From Eledone cirrhosa (lineage: Eukaryota), in the NCBI GenBank assembly GCA_964016885.1, contig OZ024740.1, forward strand, positions 18,662,001 to 18,726,000: a DNA stretch of 64,000 nucleotides. The letters run 5' to 3'. The notes under the pieces are model-generated. The model was not told the DNA's origin. It ran no database searches and saw nothing but the letters and a program-made list of their open reading frames with translations. This document shows, piece after piece, positions 1-15,000 of this stretch (positions within the stretch are counted from its first letter, which is position 1; each line of letters starts with the position of its first letter). Both the position numbers and the translations under genes were made by a program.

Positions 1-3000
1 TATGTGTTATAATGTCTCAGTTGACATATACTAAAGGACTTCACTGATAGGGTTATGTGTGTTATAATGTCCCAGTTGACCTATACTAAAGGACTTCACT
101 GATAGGGTTATGTGTGTTATAATGTCCCAGTTGACCTGTACTAAAGGACTTCACTGATAGGGTTATGTGTGTTATAATGTCCCAGTTGACCTATACTAAA
201 GGACTTCACTGATAGGGTTACGTGTGTTATAATGTCCCAGTTGACCTATACTAAAGGACTTCACTGATAGGGTTATGTGTGTTATAATGTCCCAGTTGAC
301 CTATACTAAAGGACTTCACTGATAGGGTTATGTGTGTTATAATGTCCCAGTTGACCTATACTAAAGGACTTCACTGATAGGGTTATGTGTGTTATAATGT
401 CCCAGTTGACCTATACTAAAGGGCTTCACTGATAGTGTCATGTGTTATAATGTCCCAGTTGACCTTATACTAAAAGGCTCCACTGATAGGCTTATGTGGT
501 TTATAATGTCCCAGTTGACCTATACTAAAAGGCTCCACTGATATGGTTATGTGTGTTATAATGTCCCAGTTGACCTATACTAAAGGGCTTCACTGATAGG
601 GTTATGTGTGTTATAATGTCCCAGTTGACCTATACTAAAGGGCTTCACTGATAGTGTCATGTGTTATAATGTCCCAGTTGACCTATACTAAAGGGCTTCA
701 CTGATAGTGTTATGTGTGTTATAATGTCCCAGTTGACCTATACTAAAGGACTTCACTGATAGGGTTATGTGTGTTATAATGTCCCAGTTGACCTATACTA
801 AAGGACTTCACTGATAGTGTTATGTGTGTTATAATGTCCCAGTTGAACTATACTAAAGGACTTCACTTATAGGGTTATGTGTGTTATAATGTCCCAGTTG
901 ACCTATACTAAAGGGCTTCACTGATAGTGTTATGTGTGTTATAATGTCCCTGTTGACCTATACTAAAGGACTTCACTGATAGTGTTATGTGTGTTATAAT
1001 GTCCCAGTTGACCTATACTAAAGGGCTTCACTGATAGTGTTATGTGTGTTATAATGTCCCAGTTGACCTATACTAAAGGGCTTCACTGATAGTTTTATGT
1101 ATGTTATAATGTCCCAGTTGACCTATTCTAAAGGACTTCACTGATAGTGTTATGTGTGTTATAATGTCCCAGTTGACCTATACTAAAGGGCTTCACTGAT
1201 AGTGTTATGTGTGTTATAATGTCCCAGTTGACCTATACTAAAGGACTTCACTGATAGTGTTATGCGTGTTATAATGTCCCAGTTGACCTTATACTAAAAG
1301 GCTCCACTGATAGGCTTATGTGGTTTATAATGTCCCAGTTGACCTATACTAAAAGGCGCCACTGATATGGTTATGTGTGTTATAATGTCCCAGTTGACCT
1401 ATACTAAAGGGCTTCACTGATAGGGTTATGTGTGTTATAATGTCCCAGTTGACCTATACTAAAGGGCTTCACTGATAGTGTCATGTGTTATAATGTCCCA
1501 GTTGACCTATACTAAAGGGCTTCACTGATAGTGTTATGTGTGTTATAATGTCCCAGTTGACCTATACTAAAAGACTTCACTGATAGGGTTATGTGTTATA
1601 ATGTCCCAGTTGACCTATACTAAAGGACTTCACTGATAGGGTTATGTGTGTTATAATGTCCCAGTTGACCTATACTTAAGGGCTTCACTGATAGTGTTAT
1701 GTGTGTTGTAATGACCCAGTGGACCTATACTAAAGGGCTTCACCGATAGTGTTATGTGTGTTATAATGTCCCAGTTGACCTATACTAAAGAGCTTCACTG
1801 ATAGTGTTATATGTTATAATGTCCTAGTTGACCTATACTAAAGGGCTTCACTGATAGTGTTATGTGTGTTATAATGTCCCAGTTGACCTATACTAAAAGA
1901 CTTCACTGATAGGGTTATGTGTGTTATAATGTCCCAATTGACCTATACTAAAGGACTTCACTGATAGGGTTATGTGTGTTATAATGTCCCAGTTGACCTA
2001 TACTAAAGGATTTTCACTGATAGGGTTATGTGTGTTATAATGTCCCAGTTGACCTATACTAAAGGGCTCCATTGACAGTGTTATGTGTGTTATAATGTCC
2101 CAGTTGACCTATACTAAAGGACTTCACTGATAGGGTTATGTGTGTTATAATGTCCCAGTTGACCTATACTAAAGGACTTCACTGATAGGGTTATGTGTGT
2201 TATAATGTCCCAGTTGACCTATACTAAAGGACTTCACTGATAGGGTTACGTGTGTTATAATGTCCCAGTTGACCTATACTAAAGGACTTCACTGATAGTG
2301 TTATGTGTGTTATAATGTCCCAGTTGAACTATACTAAAGGACTTCACTTATAGGGTTATGTGTGTTATAATGTCCCAGTTGACCTATACTAAAGGGCTTC
2401 ACTGATTGTTTTATGTGTGTTATAATGTCCCAGTTGACCTATTCTAAAGGACTTCAGTGATAGTGTTATGTGTGTTATAATGTCCCAGTTGACCTATACT
2501 AAAGGGCTTCACTGATAGTGTTATGTGTGTTATAATGTCCCAGTTGACCTATACTAAAGGACTTCACTGATAGTGTTATGTGTGTTATAATGTCCCAGTT
2601 GAACTATACTAAAAGACTTCACTGATAGTGTTATGTGGTTTATAATGTCCCAGTTGACCTATACTAAAAGGCTCCACTGATAGGGTTATGTGTGTTATAA
2701 TGTCCCAGTTGACCTATACTAAAGGGCTTCACTGATAGGGTTATGTGTGTTATAACGTCCTAGTTGACCTATACTAAAGGGCTTCACTGATAGTGTTATG
2801 TGTTATAATGTCCCAGTTGACCTATACTAAAGGACTTCACTGATAGGGTTATGTGTGTTATAATGTCCCAGTTGACCTATACTTAAGGGATTCACTGATA
2901 GTGTTATGTGTTATAATGTCCCAGTTGACCTATACTAAAGAGCTTCACTGATAGGGTTATGTGTGTTATAACGTCCCAGTTGACCTATACTAAAGGGCTT

Positions 3001-6000
3001 CACTGATAGTGTTATGTGTTATAATGTCACAGTTGACCTATACTAAAGGACTTCACTGATAGGGTTATGTGTGTTATAATGTCCCAGTTGACCTATACTT
3101 AAGGGCTTCACTGATAGTGTTATGGGTGTTGTAATGACCCAGTTGACCTATACTAAAGGGCTTCACCGATAGTGTTATGTGTGTTATAATGTCCCAGTTG
3201 ACCTATACTAAAGGGCTTCACTGATAGTGTTATATGTTATAATGTCCTAGTTGACCTATACTAAAGGGCTTCACTGATAGTGTTATGTGTGTTATAATGT
3301 CCCAGTTGACCTATACTAAAAGACTTCACTGATAGGGTTATGTGTGTTATAATGTCCCAGTTGACCTATACTAAAGGACTTCACTGATAGGGTTACGTGT
3401 GTTATAATGTCCCAGTTGACCTATACTAAAGGACTTCACTGATAGGGTTATGTGTTATAATGTCCCAGTTGACCTATACTAAAGGACTTCACTGATAGGG
3501 TTATGTGTTATAATGTCCTAGTTGACCTATACTAGAGGGCTTCACTGATAGTGTTATGTGTGTTATAATGTCCAAGTTGACCTATACTAAAGGACTTCAC
3601 TGATAGGGTTATGTGTTATAATGTCCCAGTTGACCTATACTAAAGGGCTTCACTGATCGTGTTATGTGTGTTATAATGTCCCATTTGACCTATACTAAAG
3701 GACTTCACTGATAGGGTTATGTGTGTTATAATGTCCCAGTTGACCTATACTAAAGGACTTCACTGATAGGGTTATGTGTGTTATAATGTCCCAGTTGACC
3801 TATACTAAAGGGCTCCATTGATAGTGTTATGTGTGTTATAATGTCCCAGTTGACCTATACTAAAGGACTTCATTGATAGGGTTAGGTGTGTTATAATGTC
3901 CCAGTTGACCTATACTAAAGGACTTCACTGATAGGGTTATGTGTGTTATAATGTCCCAGTTGACCTATACTAAAGGACTTCACTGATAGGGTTACGTGTG
4001 TTATAATGTCCCAGTTGACCTATACTAAAGGACTTCACTGATAGTGTTATGTGTGTTATAATGTCCCAGTTGAACTATACTAAAGGACTTCACTGATAGT
4101 TCTATGTGTGTTATAATGTCCCAGTTGACCTATTCTAAAGGACTTCACTGATAGTGTTATGTGTGTTATAATGTCCCAGTTGACCTATACTAAAGGGCTT
4201 CACTGATAGTGTTATGTGTGTTATAATGTCCCAGTTGACCTATACTAAAGACTTCACTGATAGTGTTATGCGTGTTATAATGTCCCAGTTGACCTATACT
4301 AAAAGGCTCCACTGATAGGCTTATGTGGTTTATAATGTCCCAGTTGACCTATACTAAAAGGCTCCACTGATAGGGTTATGTGTGTTATAATGTCCCAGTT
4401 GACCTATACTAAAGGGCTTCACTGATAGGGTTATGTGTGTTATAATGTCCCAGTTGACTTTTACTAAAGGGCTTCACTGATAGTGTTATGTGTTATAATG
4501 TCCCAGTTGACCTATACTAAAGGGCTTCACTGATAGTGTTATGTGTGTTATAACGTCCCAGTTGACCTATACTAAAAGACTTCACTGATAGGGTTATGTG
4601 TGTTATAACGTCCCAGTTGACCTATACTAAAGGGCTTCACTGATAGTGTTATGTGTTATAATGTCCCAGTTGACCTATACTAAAGGACTTCACTGATAGG
4701 GTTATGCGTGTTATAATGTCCCAGTTGACCTATACTAAAGGGCTTCACTGATAGTGTTATGTGTTATAATGTCCCAGTTGACCTATACTAAAGGGCTTCA
4801 CTGATAGTGTTACGTGTGTTGTAATGACCCAGTTGACCTATACTAATGGGCTTCACCGATAGTGTTATGTGTGTTATAATGTCCCAGTTGACCTATACTA
4901 AAGGGCTTCACTGATAGTGTTATATGTTATAATGTCCTAGTTGACCTATACTAAAGGGCTTCACTGATAGTGTTATGTGTGTTATAATGTCCCAGTTGAC
5001 CTATACTAAAAGACTTCACTGATAGGGTTATGTGTGTTATAATGTCCCAGTTGACCTATACTAAAGGACTTCACTGATAGGGTTATGTGTGTTATAATTT
5101 CCCAGTTGACCTATACTAAAGGACTTCACTGATAGGGTTATGTGTGTTATAATGTCCCAGTTGACCTATACTTAAGGGCTTCACTGATAGTGTTATGTGT
5201 GTTGTAATGACCCAGTTGACCTATACTAAAGGGCTTCACCGATAGTGTTATGTGTGTTATAATGTCCAAGTTGACCTATACTAAAGGACTACACTGAAAG
5301 TGTTATGTGTGTTATAATGTCCCAGTTGACCTATACTAAAGGACTTCACTGATAGGGTTATGTGTGTTATAATTTCCCAGTTGACCTATACTAAAGGACT
5401 TCACTTATAGGGTTATGTGTGTTATAATGTCCCAGTTGACCTATACTAAAGGGCTTCACTGATAGTGTTATGTGTGTTATAATGTCCCAGTTGAACTATA
5501 CTAAAAGACTTCACTGATAGGGTTATGTGTGTTATAATGTCCCAGTTGACCTATCCTAAAGGGCTTCACTGATAGTGTTATGTGTGTTATAATTTCCCAG
5601 TTGACCTATACTAAAGGGCTTCACTAATAGTGTTATGTGTGTTATAATGTCCCAGTTGACCTATACTAATGGATTTAATTGATAGTGTCATGTGTGTTAT
5701 AATGTTTCAGTTGACCTATACTAAAGGACTTCACTGATAGGGTTATGTGTTATAATGTCCCAGTTGACCTATACTAAAGGGCTTAACTGATAGGGTTATG
5801 TGTTATAATGTCCCAGTTGACCTATACTAAAGGGCTTCACTGATAGTGTTATGTGTGTTATAATGTCCCAGTTGACCTATACTAAAGGGCTTCACTGATA
5901 GGGTTATGTGTGTTATAATGTCCCAGTTGACCTATACTAAAGGACTTCACTGATAGTGTTATAGTGTTATAATGTCCCAGTTGACCTATACTAATGGATT

Positions 6001-9000
6001 TCACTGATAGTGTCATGTGTGTTATAATGTCCCAGTTAACCTATACTAAAGGGCTTCACTGATAGTGTTATGTGTTATAATGTCCCAGTTGACCTATACT
6101 AAAGGACTTCACTGATAGGGTTATGTGTGTTATAATGTCCCAGTTGACCTATACTTAAGGGCTTCACTGATAGTGTTATGTGTGTTGTAATGACCCAGTT
6201 GACCTATACTAAAGGGCTTCACCGATAGTGTTATGTGTGTTATAATGTCCCAGTTGACCTATACTAAAGGGCTTCACTGATAGTGTTATATGTTATAATG
6301 TCCTAGTTGATCTATACTAAAGGGCTTCACTGATAGTGTTATGTGTGTTATAATGTCCCAGTTGACCTATACTTAAGGGCTTGACTGATAGTGTTATGGG
6401 TGTTGTAATGACCCAGTTGACCTATACTAAAGGGCTTCACCGATAGTGTTATGTGTGTTATAATGTCCCAGTTGACCTATACTAAAGGGCTTCACTGATA
6501 GTGTTATATGTTATAATGTCCTAGTTGACCTATACTAAAGGGCTTCACTGATAGTGTTATGTGTGTTATAATGTCCCAGTTGACCTATACTAAAAGACTT
6601 CACTGATAGGGTTATGTGTGTTATAATGTCCCAGTTGACCTATACTAAAGGACTTCACTGATAGGGTTACGTGTGTTATAATGTCCCAGTTGACCTATAC
6701 TAAAGGACTTCACTGATAGGGTTATGTGTTATAATGTCCCAGTTGACCTATACTAAAGGACTTCATTGATAGGGTTATGTGTTATAATGTCCTAGTTGAC
6801 CTATACTAGAGGGCTTCACTGATAGTGTTATGTGTGTTATAATGTCCAAGTTGACCTATACTAAAGGACTTCACTGATAGGGTTATGTGTTATAATGTCC
6901 CAGTTGACCTATACTAAAGGGCTTCACTGATAGTGTTATGTGTGTTATAATGTCCCATTTGACCTATACTAAAGGACTTCACTGATAGGGTTATGTGTGT
7001 TATAATGTCCCAGTTGACCTATACTAAAGGACTTCACTGATAGGGTGATGTGTGTTATAATGTCCCAGTTGACCTATACTAAAGGGCTCCATTGATAGTG
7101 TTATGTGTGTTATAATGTCCCAGTTGACCTATACTAAAGGACTTCATTGATAGGGTTATGTGTGTTATAATGTCCCAGTTGACCTATACTAAAGGACTTC
7201 ACTGATAGGGTTATGTGTGTTATAATGTCCCAGTTGACCTATACTAAAGGACTTCACTGATAGGGTTACGTGTGTTATAATGTCCCAGTTGACCTATACT
7301 AAAGGACTTCACTGATAGTGTTATGTGTGTTATAATGTCCCAGTTGAACTATACTAAAGGACTTCACTGATAGTTCTATGTGTGTTATAATGTCCCAGTT
7401 GACCTATTCTAAAGGACTTCACTGGTAGTGTTATGTGTGTTATAATGTCCCAGTTGACCTATACTAAAGGGCTTCACTGATAGTGTTATGTGTGTTATAA
7501 TGTCCCAGTTGACCTATACTAAAGACTTCACTGATAGTGTTATGCGTGTTATAATGTCCCAGTTGACCTATACTAAAAGGCTCCACTGATAGGCTTATGT
7601 GGTTTATAATGTCCCAGTTGACCTATACTAAAAGGCTCCACTGATAGGGTTATGTGTGTTATAATGTCCCAGTTGACCTATACTAAAGGGCTTCACTGAT
7701 AGGGTTATGTGTGTTATAATGTCCCAGTTGACTTTTACTAAAGGGCTTCACTGATAGTGTTATGTGTTATAATGTCCCAGTTGACCTATACTAAAGGGCT
7801 TCACTGATAGTGTTATGTGTGTTATAACGTCCCAGTTGACCTATACTAAAAGACTTCACTGATAGGGTTATGTGTGTTATAACGTCCCAGTTGACCTATA
7901 CTAAAGGGCTTCACTGATAGTGTTATGTGTTATAATGTCCCAGTTGACCTATACTAAAGGACTTCACTGATAGGGTTATGCGTGTTATAATGTCCCAGTT
8001 GACCTATACTAAAGGGCTTCACTGATAGTGTTATGTGTTATAATGTCCCAGTTGACCTATACTAAAGGGCTTCACTGATAGTGTTATGTGTGTTGTAATG
8101 ACCCAGTTGACCTATACTAAAGGGCTTCACCGATAGTGTTATGTGTGTTATAATGTCCCAGTTGACCTATACTAAAGGGCTTCACTGATAGTGTTATATG
8201 TTATAATGTCCTAGTTGACCTATACTAAAGGGCTTCACTGATAGTGTTATGTGTGTTATAATGTCCCAGTTGACCTATACTAAAAGACTTCACTGATAGG
8301 ATTATGTGTGTTATAATGTCCCAGTTGACCTATACTAAAGGACTTCACTGATAGGGTTACGTGTGTTATAATGTCCCAGTTGACCTATACTAAAGGACTT
8401 CACTGATAGGGTTATGTGTTATAATGTCCCAGTTGACCTATACTAAAGGACTTCACTGATAGGGTTATGTGTTATAATGTCCAAGTTGACCTATACTAGA
8501 GGGCTTCACTGATAGTGTTATGTGTGTTATAATGTCCAAGTTGACCTATACTAAAGGACTTCACTGATAGGGTTATGTGTTATAATGTCCCAGTTGACCT
8601 ATACTAAAGGGCTACACTGATAGTGTTACGTGTGTTATAATGTCCCATTTGACCTATACTAAAGGACTTCACTGATAGGGTTATGTGTGTTATAATGTCC
8701 CAGTTGACCTATACTAAAGGACTTCACTGATAGGGTTATGTGTGTTATAATGTCCCAGTTGACCTATACTAAAGGGCTCCATTGATAGTGTTATGTGTGT
8801 TATAATGTCCCAGTTGACCTATACTAAAGGACTTCATTGATAGGGTTATGTGTGTTATAATGTCCCAGTTGACCTATACTAAAGGACTTCACTGATAGGG
8901 TTATGTGTTATAATGTCCCAGTTGATCTATACTAAAGGACTTCACTGATAGGGTTATGTGTTATAATGTCCTAGTTGACCTATACTAGAGGGCTTCACTG

Positions 9001-12000
9001 ATAGTGTTATGTGTGTTATAATGTCCAAGTTGACCTATACTAAAGGACTTCACTGATAGGGTTATGTGTTATAATGTCCCAGTTGACCTATACTAAAGGG
9101 CTTCACTGATAGTGTTATGTGTGTTATAATGTCCCATTTGACCTATACTAAAGGACTTCACTGATAGGGTTATGTGTGTTATAATGTCCCAGTTGATCTA
9201 TACTAAAGGACTTCACTGATAGGGTTATGTGTGTTATAATGTCCCAGTTGACCTATACTAAAGGGCTCCATTGATAGTGTTATGTGTGTTATAATGTCCC
9301 AGTTGACCTATACTAAAGGACTTCATTGATAGGGTTATGTGTGTTATAATGTCCCAGTTGACCTATACTAAAGGACTTCACTGATAGGGTTATGTGTGTT
9401 ATAATGTCCCAGTTGACCTATACTAAAGGACTTCACTGATAGGGTTACGTGTGTTATAATGTCCCAGTTGACCTATACTAAAGGACTTCACTGATAGTGT
9501 TATGTGTGTTATAATGTCCCAGTTGAACTATACTAAAGGACTTCACTGATAGTTCTATGTGTGTTATAATGTCCCAGTTGACCTATTCTAAAGGACTTCA
9601 CTGATAGTGTTATGTGTGTTATAATGTCCCAGTTGACCTATACTAAAGGGCTTCACTGATAGTGTTATGTGTGTTATAATGTCCCAGTTGACCTATACTA
9701 AAGACTTCACTGATAGTGTTATGCGTGTTATAATGTCCCAGTTGACCTATACTAAAAGGCTCCACTGATAGGCTTATGTGGTTTATAATGTCCCAGTTGA
9801 CCTATACTAAAAGGCTCCACTGATAGGGTTATGTGTGTTATAATGTCCCAGTTGACCTATACTAAAAGACTTCACTGATAGGGTTATGTGTGTTATAACG
9901 TCCCAGTTGACCTATACTAAAGGGCTTCACTGATAGTGTTATGTGTTATAATGTCCCAGTTGACCTATACTAAAGGACTTCACTGATAGGGTTATGCGTG
10001 TTATAATGTCCCAGTTGACCTATACTAAAGGGCTTCACTGATAGTGTTATGTGTGTTATAATGTCCCAGTTGAACTATACTAAAGGACTTCACTGATAGT
10101 TCTATGTGTGTTATAATGTCCCAGTTGACCTATTCTAAAGGACTTCACTGATAGTGTTATGTGTGTTATAATGTCCCATTTGACCTATACTAAAGGGCTT
10201 CACTGATAGTGTTATGTGTGTTATAATGTCCCAGTTGACCTATACTAAAGACTTCACTGATAGTGTTATGCGTGTTATAATGTCCCAGTTGACCTATACT
10301 AAAAGGCTCCACTGATAGGCTTATGTGGTTTATAATGTCCCAGTTGACCTATACTAAAAGGCTCCACTGATAGGGTTATGTGTGTTATAATGTCCCAGTT
10401 GACCTATACTAAAGGGCTTCACTGATAGGGTTATGTGTGTTATAATGTCCCAGTTGACTTTTACTAAAGGGCTTCACTGATAGTGTTATGTGTTATAATG
10501 TCCCAGTTGACCTATACTAAAGGGCTTCACTGATAGTGTTATGTGTGTTATAACGTCCCAGTTGACCTATACTAAAAGACTTCACTGATAGGGTTATGTG
10601 TGTTATAACGTCCCAGTTGACCTATACTTAAGGGCTTCACTGATAGTGTTATGTGTGTTATAATGTCCCAGTTGACCTATACTAAAGGGCTTCACTGATA
10701 GTGTTATATGTTATAATGTCCTAGTTGACCTATACTAAAGGGCTTCACTGATAGTGTTATGTGTGTTATAATGTCCCAGTTGACCTATACTAAAAGACTT
10801 CACTGATAGGGTTATGTGTGTTATAATGTCCCAGTTGACCTATACTAAAGGACTTCACTGATAGGGTTATGTGTGTTATAATTTCCCAGTTGACCTATAC
10901 TAAAGGACTTCACTGATAGGGTTATGTGTGTTATAATGTCCCAGTTGACCTATACTTAAGGGCTTCACTGATAGTGTTATGTGTGTTGTAATGACCCAGT
11001 TGACCTATACTAAAGGGCTTCACCGATAGTGTTATGTGTGTTATAATGTCCAAGTTGACCTATACTAAAGGACTACACTGAAAGTGTTATGTGTGTTATA
11101 ATGTCCCAGTTGACCTATACTAAAGGACTTCACTGATAGGGTTATGTGTGTTATAATTTCCCAGTTGACCTATACTAAAGGACTTCACTTATAGGGTTAT
11201 GTGTGTTATAATGTCCCAGTTGACCTATACTAAAGGGCTTCACTGATAGTGTTATGTGTGTTATAATGTCCCAGTTGACCTATACTAAAGGACTTCACTG
11301 ATAGTGTTATGTGTGTTATAATGTCCCAGTTGAACTATACTAAAAGACTTCACTGATAGGGTTATGTGTGTTATAATGTCCCAGTTGACCTATACTAAAG
11401 GGCTTCACTGATAGTGTTATGTGTGTTATAATTTCCCAGTTGACCTATACTAAAGGGCTTCACTGATAGTGTTATGTGTGTTATAATGTCCCAGTTGACC
11501 TATACTAATGGATTTAACTGATAGTGTCATGTGTGTTATAATGTTTCAGTTGACCTATACTAAAGGACTTCACTGATAGGGTTATGTGTGTTATAATGTC
11601 CCAGTTGACCTCTACTAAAGGGCTTAACTGATAGGGTTATGTGTTATAATGTCCCAGTTGACCTATACTAAAGAGCTTCACTGATAGTGTTATATGTTAT
11701 AATGTCCTAGTTGACCTATACTAAAGGGCTTCACTGATAGTGTTATGTGTGTTATAATGTCCCAGTTGACCTATACTAAAAGACTTCACTGATAGGGTTA
11801 TGTGTGTTATAATGTCCCAATTGACCTATACTAAAGGACTTCACTGATAGGGTTATGTGTGTTATAATGTCCCAGTTGACTTTTACTAAAGGGCTTCACT
11901 GATAGTGTTATGTGTTATAATGTCCCAGTTGACCTATACTAAAGGGCTTCACTGATAGTGTTATGTGTGTTATAACGTCCCAGTTGACCTATACTAAAAG

Positions 12001-15000
12001 ACTTCACTGATAGGGTTATGTGTGTTATAACGTCCCAGTTGACCTATACTTAAGGGCTTCACTGATAGTGTTATGTGTGTTATAATGTCCCAGTTGACCT
12101 ATACTAAAGGGCTTCACTGATAGTGTTATATGTTATAATGTCCTAGTTGACCTATACTAAAGGGCTTCACTGATAGTGTTATGTGTGTTATAATGTCCCA
12201 GTTGACCTATACTAAAAGACTTCACTGATAGGGTTATGTGTGTTATAATGTCCCAGTTGACCTATACTAAAGGACTTCACTGATAGGGTTATGTGTGTTA
12301 TAATTTCCCAGTTGACCTATACTAAAGGACTTCACTGATAGGGTTATGTGTGTTATAATGTCCCAGTTGACCTATACTTAAGGGCTTCACTGATAGTGTT
12401 ATGTGTGTTGTAATGACCCAGTTGACCTATACTAAAGGGCTTCACCGATAGTGTTATGTGTGTTATAATGTCCAAGTTGACCTATACTAAAGGACTACAC
12501 TGAAAGTGTTATGTGTGTTATAATGTCCCAGTTGACCTATACTAAAGGACTTCACTGATAGGGTTATGTGTGTTATAATTTCCCAGTTGACCTATACTAA
12601 AGGACTTCACTTATAGGGTTATGTGTGTTATAATGTCCCAGTTGACCTATACTAAAGGGCTTCACTGATAGTGTTATGTGTGTTATAATGTCCCAGTTGA
12701 CCTATACTAAAGGACTTCACTGATAGTGTTATGTGTGTTATAATGTCCCAGTTGAACTATACTAAAAGACTTCACTGATAGGGTTATGTGTGTTATAATG
12801 TCCCAGTTGACCTATACTAAAGGGCTTCACTGATAGTGTTATGTGTGTTATAATTTCCCAGTTGACCTATACTAAAGGGCTTCACTGATAGTGTTATGTG
12901 TGTTATAATGTCCCAGTTGACCTATACTAATGGATTTAACTGATAGTGTCATGTGTGTTATAATGTTTCAGTTGACCTATACTAAAGGACTTCACTGATA
13001 GGGTTATGTGTGTTATAATGTCCCAGTTGACCTCTACTAAAGGGCTTAACTGATAGGGTTATGTGTTATAATGTCCCAGTTGACCTATACTAAAGAGCTT
13101 CACTGATAGTGTTATATGTTATAATGTCCTAGTTGACCTATACTAAAGGGCTTCACTGATAGTGTTATGTGTGTTATAATGTTCCAGTTGACCTATACTA
13201 AAAGGCTCCACTGATAGGCTTATGTGGTTTATAATGTCCCAGTTGACCTATACTAAAGGATTTTCACTGATAGGGTTATGTGTGTTATAATGTCCCAGTT
13301 GACCTATACTAAAGGGCTCCATTGATAGTGTTATGTGTGTTATAATGTCCCAGTTGACCTATACTAAAGGACTTCACTGATAGGGTTATGTGTGTTATAA
13401 TGTCCCAGTTGACCTATACTAAAGGACTTCACTGATAGGGTTATGTGTGTTATAATGTCCCAGTTGACCTATACTAAAGGACTTCACTGATAGGGTTAAG
13501 TGTGTTATAATGTCCCAGTTGACCTATACTAAAGGACTTCACTGATAGTGTTATGTGTGTTATAATGTCCCAGTTGAACTATACTAAAGGACTTCACTTA
13601 TAGGGTTATGTGTGTTATAATGTCCCAGTTGACCTATACTAAAGGGCTTCACTGATTGTTTTATGTGTGTTATAATGTCCCAGTTGACCTATTCTAAAGG
13701 ACTTCAGTGATAGTGTTATGTGTGTTATAATGTCCCAGTTGACCTATACTAAAGGGCTTCACTGATAGTGTTATGTGTGTTATAATGTCCCAGTTGACCT
13801 ATACTAAAGGACTTCACTGATAGTGTTATGTGTGTTATAATGTCCCAGTTGAACTATACTAAAAGACTTCACTGATAGTGTTATGCGTGTTATAATGTCC
13901 CAGTTGACCTATACTTAAGGGCTTCACTGATAGTGTTATGTGTGTTATAATGTTCCAGTTGACCTATACTAAAAGGCTCCACTGATAGGCTTATGTGGTT
14001 TATAATGTCCCAGTTGACCTATACTAAAAGGCTCCACTGATAGGGTTATGTGTGTTATAATGTCCCAGTTGACCTATACTAAAGGGCTTCACTGATAGGG
14101 TTATGTGTGTTATAACGTCCTAGTTGACCTATACTAAAGGGCTTCACTGATAGTGTTATGTGTTATAATGTCCCAGTTGACCTATACTAAAGGACTTCAC
14201 TGATAGGGTTATGTGTGTTATAATGTCCCAGTTGACCTATACTTAAGGGCTTCACTGATAGTGTTATGTGTTATAATGTCCCAGTTGACCTATACTAAAG
14301 AGCTTCACTGATAGGGTTATGTGTGTTATAACGTCCCAGTTGACCTATACTAAAGGGCTTCACTGATAGTGTTATGTGTTATAATGTCACAGTTGACCTA
14401 TACTAAAGGACTTCACTGATAGGGTTATGTGTGTTATAATGTCCCAGTTGACCTATACTTAAGGGCTTCACTGATAGTGTTATGGGTGTTGTAATGACCC
14501 AGTTGACCTATACTAAAGGGCTTCACCGATAGTGTTATGTGTGTTATAATGTCCCAGTTGACCTATACTAAAGGGCTTCACTGATAGTGTTATATGTTAT
14601 AATGTCCTAGTTGACCTATACTAAAGGGCTTCACTGATAGTGTTATGTGTGTTATAATGTCCCAGTTGACCTATACTAAAAGACTTCACTGATAGGGTTA
14701 TGTGTGTTATAATATCCCAGTTGACCTATACTAAAGGACTTCACTGATAGGGTTACGTGTGTTATAATGTCCCAGTTGACCTATACTAAAGGACTTCACT
14801 GATAGGGTTATGTGTTATAATGTCCCAGTTGACCTATACTAAAGGACTTCACTGATAGGGTTATGTGTTATAATGTCCTAGTTGACCTATACTAGAGGGC
14901 TTCACTGATAGTGTTATGTGTGTTATAATGTCCAAGTTGACCTATACTAAAGGACTTCACTGATAGGGTTATGTGTTATAATGTCCCAGTTGACCTATAC

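Noticed and set aside
63-87. Bacterial promoter-like hexamers (TATAAT, TTGACC, TATACT) in each monomer
   Set aside because: Spacing from TTGACC to the next TATAAT is 36 nt rather than about 17, and the context is eukaryotic.
96-107. 12-nt match to the tetO operator (TCACTGATAGGG)
   Set aside because: The other half of the operator palindrome is missing; natural variation and HORs argue against a synthetic array.
61-170. Hammerhead inside the satellite monomer, as in newt or schistosome satellites
   Set aside because: CTGATAG is not CUGANGA and no GAAA box with stems is present on either strand.
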